Source of the DNA: an uncultured Acidobacteriota bacterium
GTDB taxonomy: Bacteria > Acidobacteriota > Thermoanaerobaculia > UBA5066 > DATFVB01
NCBI GenBank assembly: GCA_963813155.1
Contig: CAWEYG010000005.1
Coordinates: 128,001-192,000, forward strand
Length of the DNA stretch: 64,000 nucleotides
Direction: 5' to 3'
Numbering within the stretch: the first letter of the stretch is position 1; each line of letters opens with the position of its first letter. The translations under genes were made by a program, and so were the position numbers. This document shows, piece by piece, positions 60,398-64,000 of the stretch. Under the pieces are notes generated by a model. That model did not search any database. It was not told where the DNA came from and saw only the letters and a program-made list of their open reading frames with translations.

Positions 60398-62473
60398 ATG
60401 AAATTTTTGAGACGATTGTCTTGCCTTTGGATCGCCTGTTTGATCTTACCCACGACCCTTCAGGCCGGGCGGGGACACTGGACCGGGAACGGCCCTTTCG
60501 GTGCCTGGATCACCGCAATTGCGGCGACAACGGACGGCCAGGTCATTTACGCGGGTACCGATCTCGGCGAAGTCTTTCGGAGCTCGGATGGCGGAGCGCA
60601 GTGGGATGCCGCAGATCCTAGCCTTTACGCCTATTCGTACCAAAAAATTACTTCGATCGCCATCGAGCCCGGAAACTCTTCCACGGTCTTCGTCGCTGCC
60701 GACGGGCGCGGTATCTTCAAGAGCACCGATGCAGGGAACTCCTGGATTCAGGTGAACAGCGGCTTCACTTCGCCGCCGTCGCTCTGCAGCGATATTGGGG
60801 CCTGCTCGCCGAACGTTCTTGCTGTTGATCCGTCCAACGGCAATACGGTTCTGGCGGGCACCGATAACGGCCTGTTTCGGACGACGGATGGAGGTGAGAG
60901 CTGGTCGCTTCTCGAGCCGGACGGCTACCCAAGCGACGTCGTCCAGACAATCGTTTATGACCCGGCTGACACGAACACTATCTACGTGGGCGAGTCGCTC
61001 GGGCTCTACAAGACAACCGACGGAGGAGAGACCTGGTCGGCGCAGGACGGAGGGCTGATCGAGCCCAGCGTCACAAGCCTCGCCATCGATCCTGCTGATC
61101 CCTCGGTTCTTTGGGCCGTCGATGAAGTTCGAGGTGCGTTTCGGATCAACGGAGGCGGCGCCACTTGGACCCCGATTCCGGCGCCGCTCGGTACTCGAAG
61201 GATTCTGGTCGATCCGGCGACTCCCTCGACGCTCTACGGGTTTGGCCCAAACGGTATTTTCCGCAGTGTAAACGCCGGAAATTCCTGGCGCTCGGCTGGG
61301 TACACGGCATCACCTCCCGATTCCTTCCAGGTGGTCCTCTTTGCCGGATCGCCCCCGACGCTTTTGGCGGGCACCGCGTCAGGATTCCTCGAGAGCTCGG
61401 ACCAGGGGACGACGTGGCAGGGCAGGAACCAGGGCATCAGGGAGGTGTCGGTCTCCTCGATCGCCGTCGGGCCAATCGCTCAGCCATCGATCTTTGCGGC
61501 GGTCTCCACGGGCTCCCTGGAAACGATGGGCGCCGGTTGGATCGCCGGCAGCCCCGTCAATGCGAACGACTGGTCGGCGTTGTCCGGTACGGTTGACGGT
61601 CTTGCAACGTCGGTTGTGATCGACCCAGTTAGCCCGATGAACGTCTATGCCGTCGTGGGTCTCAATTTTCTCAGGAGCACCGATGGCGGCCGGACTTGGG
61701 AGCTGATTTCCAACGGCAACTTCTCTTTCGGCTGGCTAGCCGTTGGGCCGACCAACCCGGTGACGATCTACAGCGCCATCAGGGTTGCCACGCGTATTGA
61801 CCCAATCGTCCGCTCGACCGACGGAGGGAACACATGGGTTAGTCTCAACTTTCCTTTCGACAACAGTCGCGGTCCTTTACTGCCGGCTGTCAATAGTGGG
61901 GTCGTCGTCGACCCGAACCGCGCCGGCAGGGTCTATGTTGCCGGAGACTTCGGCATTGCGCGAACGACCGACGACGGTGGAACCTGGGTGAAGTTGAGCA
62001 ACGGATACCCGAATGCTTCAGCGCTGGCGATCGCCATCGATCCGAAGCAGACCTTGACGCTGTACGCAGGGACTCTCATTGGTGTTTTCAAAACCGTCGA
62101 TGGCGGTGATCATTGGGTGAAGGTCAACGGAAATTCCCAACTAATCTTTGTCCAATCGCTCGCGGTAGATCCTGCGGACTCGCGCATTGTTTATGCAGGG
62201 ACGCAGACGGGAATCCAGGTCAGCCGCGACGGAGGAGACACATGGTCGGACCTGAGTTTGGGTCTCCCGCACCCGACGATGGTTTTCAGCCTTGCGGTCG
62301 ATCCGGCCGGCGAACGTGTTTTTGCAGGGACCGACCGCGGCGTCTACGAGTTCACGATGTCGCCGGATCTTAGCCCTGTTCCTTCTCCCGTTATTCAATC
62401 CATTCCGGGTCACTGGCGGGCGAGCGCTACCATCCATGGGCCGCGAAGACAATCCACGGAAAAACCGCGATAG
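60398..62473 (+). CDS. Secreted BNR/Asp-box repeat protein
   Basis: Signal peptide; about ten S/T-T-D-G-G-x-T/S-W repeats with AIDP motifs. Confidence 0.88.
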   Translation: MKFLRRLSCLWIACLILPTTLQAGRGHWTGNGPFGAWITAIAATTDGQVIYAGTDLGEVFRSSDGGAQWDAADPSLYAYSYQKITSIAIEPGNSSTVFVAADGRGIFKSTDAGNSWIQVNSGFTSPPSLCSDIGACSPNVLAVDPSNGNTVLAGTDNGLFRTTDGGESWSLLEPDGYPSDVVQTIVYDPADTNTIYVGESLGLYKTTDGGETWSAQDGGLIEPSVTSLAIDPADPSVLWAVDEVRGAFRINGGGATWTPIPAPLGTRRILVDPATPSTLYGFGPNGIFRSVNAGNSWRSAGYTASPPDSFQVVLFAGSPPTLLAGTASGFLESSDQGTTWQGRNQGIREVSVSSIAVGPIAQPSIFAAVSTGSLETMGAGWIAGSPVNANDWSALSGTVDGLATSVVIDPVSPMNVYAVVGLNFLRSTDGGRTWELISNGNFSFGWLAVGPTNPVTIYSAIRVATRIDPIVRSTDGGNTWVSLNFPFDNSRGPLLPAVNSGVVVDPNRAGRVYVAGDFGIARTTDDGGTWVKLSNGYPNASALAIAIDPKQTLTLYAGTLIGVFKTVDGGDHWVKVNGNSQLIFVQSLAVDPADSRIVYAGTQTGIQVSRDGGDTWSDLSLGLPHPTMVFSLAVDPAGERVFAGTDRGVYEFTMSPDLSPVPSPVIQSIPGHWRASATIHGPRRQSTEKPR

Positions 62474-62515
62474 GCTCCAGGGATGAAAAACCCGGCCCGG
62501 CTTGGCGCCCGGCGT

Positions 62516-62908
62516 ATGCGCTCGGCCGCCTTCGCCCTTTTCGTGGCGTCACTCTTCCTCTCCGGCGGCTGCGCGAGCGTCGCGCAGGTGACGAACATTT
62601 CGGAGGACGCTTGCCACCGGAGCTTTCAGAACGCGCTCGCGTCGATTCTGACCGCCGAAGGCGAAAAGCCCGAAGTCGCCGAGAAGCTCGTCTCGCACGC
62701 GCTCTCGATTCTTTCGACCGGAATCGTCGGCCCGCGGCCCTTCCTCGTGTCGTCGCCGTCGGGCGCCGACTACGAGCTGTTCGTCCAGGCGAAGAAGCCG
62801 GGATGCCTCCTGCGGCTCTACGCGCGGCAAAAGGGGTTCGTCCGGTACACGAACAACATGACCTACCTCCAGACGCGGCCGCTCCCGGCGTGCGCCTGCG
62901 CGGAGTGA
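62516..62908 (+). CDS. Putative lipoprotein
   Basis: MRSAAFALFVASLFLSGG-C lipobox-like signal; additional Cys residues. Confidence 0.65.
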   Translation: MRSAAFALFVASLFLSGGCASVAQVTNISEDACHRSFQNALASILTAEGEKPEVAEKLVSHALSILSTGIVGPRPFLVSSPSGADYELFVQAKKPGCLLRLYARQKGFVRYTNNMTYLQTRPLPACACAE

Positions 62909-62929
62909 ATTTCTTCCGGTCGTAACTCC

Positions 62930-63575
62930 TCAGGAAAGATAGCCGGCCTTGACGGCCTGCAGGACGGCGCGCGTGCGGTCGCGCACGCCGAGCTTCGAGA
63001 GGATGCTCGACACGTGGTTCTTCACCGTGCCCTCGGCGACGCCGAGCGCCCGGGCGATCTCACGGTTGCTGTAGCCGCCGGTCATCAGGCGCAGCACGTC
63101 GACTTCACGCTCCGTCAGGGGATCGGGGGGATCGAGGTGGGGAAAGCTGCTGTTCGTCGCTTCGAGGCCTCGGATCACGCGCTCAGATACGACCGGTTGA
63201 ATGGCGGTCCCGCCCGATGCGACGACCCGGATCGCCTGGACCAGCTCCTCGAGGGAGATGTCCTTGAGCAGGTAGCCGCGAGCGCCGGCGCGCACGCCTT
63301 CCAGGACCGCGGCTTCGTCGTCGAACGTCGTGAGGATGATGACGGGCGGGAGACATCCCGCTTCTCCGAGCCTCCGGAGCACGTCGAGGCCGGAGAGCCG
63401 CGGCAAGCCTCAAGTCCAGGAGCACGACGTCCGCTGCCGATCGAGGAATCGCCGCGAGCGCTTCCTCGCCGTCCGATGCCGTGCCGACAACCGCGATTTC
63501 CGCGTCGAGCGCGAGGAGGTTCCGGATTCCCTCGCGGACGAGCGCCTGGTCTTCGACGAGAAAGACGCGGATCAC
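62930..63575 (-). CDS. NarL/LuxR-family response regulator (one extra base near 63407)
   Basis: VIRVFLVEDQALVREG..DVVLLDLR | LPRLSG..LTTFDD..LTEREVDVL..GTVKNHVS; span 646 nt = 3n+1. Confidence 0.88.
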
Positions 63576-64000
63576 GGCGCCGTGCCGGGGATCGGAAGAA
63601 TCGCCGTCAGCGAAAACCCCCGGCCGGGCGCCGTTTCGACGGAGAAGCCCCCGCCTCGCTGCTCGACCCGGTCCCGCATTCCGGAGAGGCCGCCTCCCGC
63701 GTGAACGGCGCCGGCCCCGCGGCCGTCGTCGCGCGCGCGGATCTCGACGTCGTCGGCCCTCCTCACGACTCCGATCCACAGGTTCTCGGCCTGGGCGTGT
63801 CGGACGGTGTTCGTGACGATCTCCTGGGCGCACCGCAGAACGACCTCTCCGATGGCGGGATCGTCGAGAGTGAAGCCGGGCACGACGTCGACGTGAATGC
63901 GGAGGCGGGGAATTCCGTCCGCGAGCTTCTGGAGCGCCGCCGAAAGGTCGAGGCCCCTTTCCTGGCGCAGCGCCCCGACGACCGCGCGCACGTCGCCGAG
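63572..64000 (-). CDS. NarX-type sensor histidine kinase, C-terminal part
   Basis: QEIVTNTVRHA, DDGRG, GGGLSGMRDRV. Confidence 0.88.
   Translation of the reverse strand, partial: LGDVRAVVGALRQERGLDLSAALQKLADGIPRLRIHVDVVPGFTLDDPAIGEVVLRCAQEIVTNTVRHAQAENLWIGVVRRADDVEIRARDDGRGAGAVHAGGGLSGMRDRVEQRGGGFSVETAPGRGFSLTAILPIPGTAP

Noticed and set aside
62504-62512. Inverted 9-bp match (GGCGCCCGG) to the tRNA-Pro 3' end as a right island boundary
   Set aside because: Too short and all G/C in a GC-rich genome.
62930-63575. Programmed frameshifting in the response regulator and other split genes (near 55, 930-1330, 22655, 29700, 63407)
   Set aside because: No shared slippery motif, and the breaks are scattered over unrelated genes and concentrated near the window ends. 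Read errors are more likely; read pileups would settle it.

Overview
High-GC bacterial chromosomal window. Gene content and protein style (Oar-like TonB receptor, fused E1 alpha/beta, DUF2911 and DUF6526 proteins, Asp-box secreted proteins) suggest Acidobacteriota, probably Thermoanaerobaculia-like (inference). Most of it is core housekeeping: mtnA, pgk-tpiA-secG-tRNA-Leu, trxB, Rrf2-sufBCDSU, iscS, two-domain thyX, mreBCD-mrdA-rodA-rng, ppiD-ruvAB. Three accessory patches look lower in GC: an Xre/nucleotidyltransferase pair (24.4-25.4 kb), a convergent Xre / RelE-like islet (28.4-29.9 kb) and a tRNA-Pro(TGG) hotspot (55.7-62.5 kb) with secreted Asp-box proteins. Best leads: (1) an integrase-less one-gene cassette at tRNA-Pro whose duplicated tRNA halves carry a structured 69-71 nt insertion in the T-loop; (2) a candidate ~52 nt sigma54-driven sRNA with a CU-rich anti-Shine-Dalgarno-like seed at 29939-29990; (3) a shared Pro/Val/Arg C-terminal tail on secreted proteins; (4) a 44-codon, synonymously diverged tandem duplication of the IscS catalytic-Cys region; (5) a cyclophilin / copper-monooxygenase-like fusion; (6) recurrent leaderless-type promoters. 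Several single-base frameshifts look like sequencing errors.
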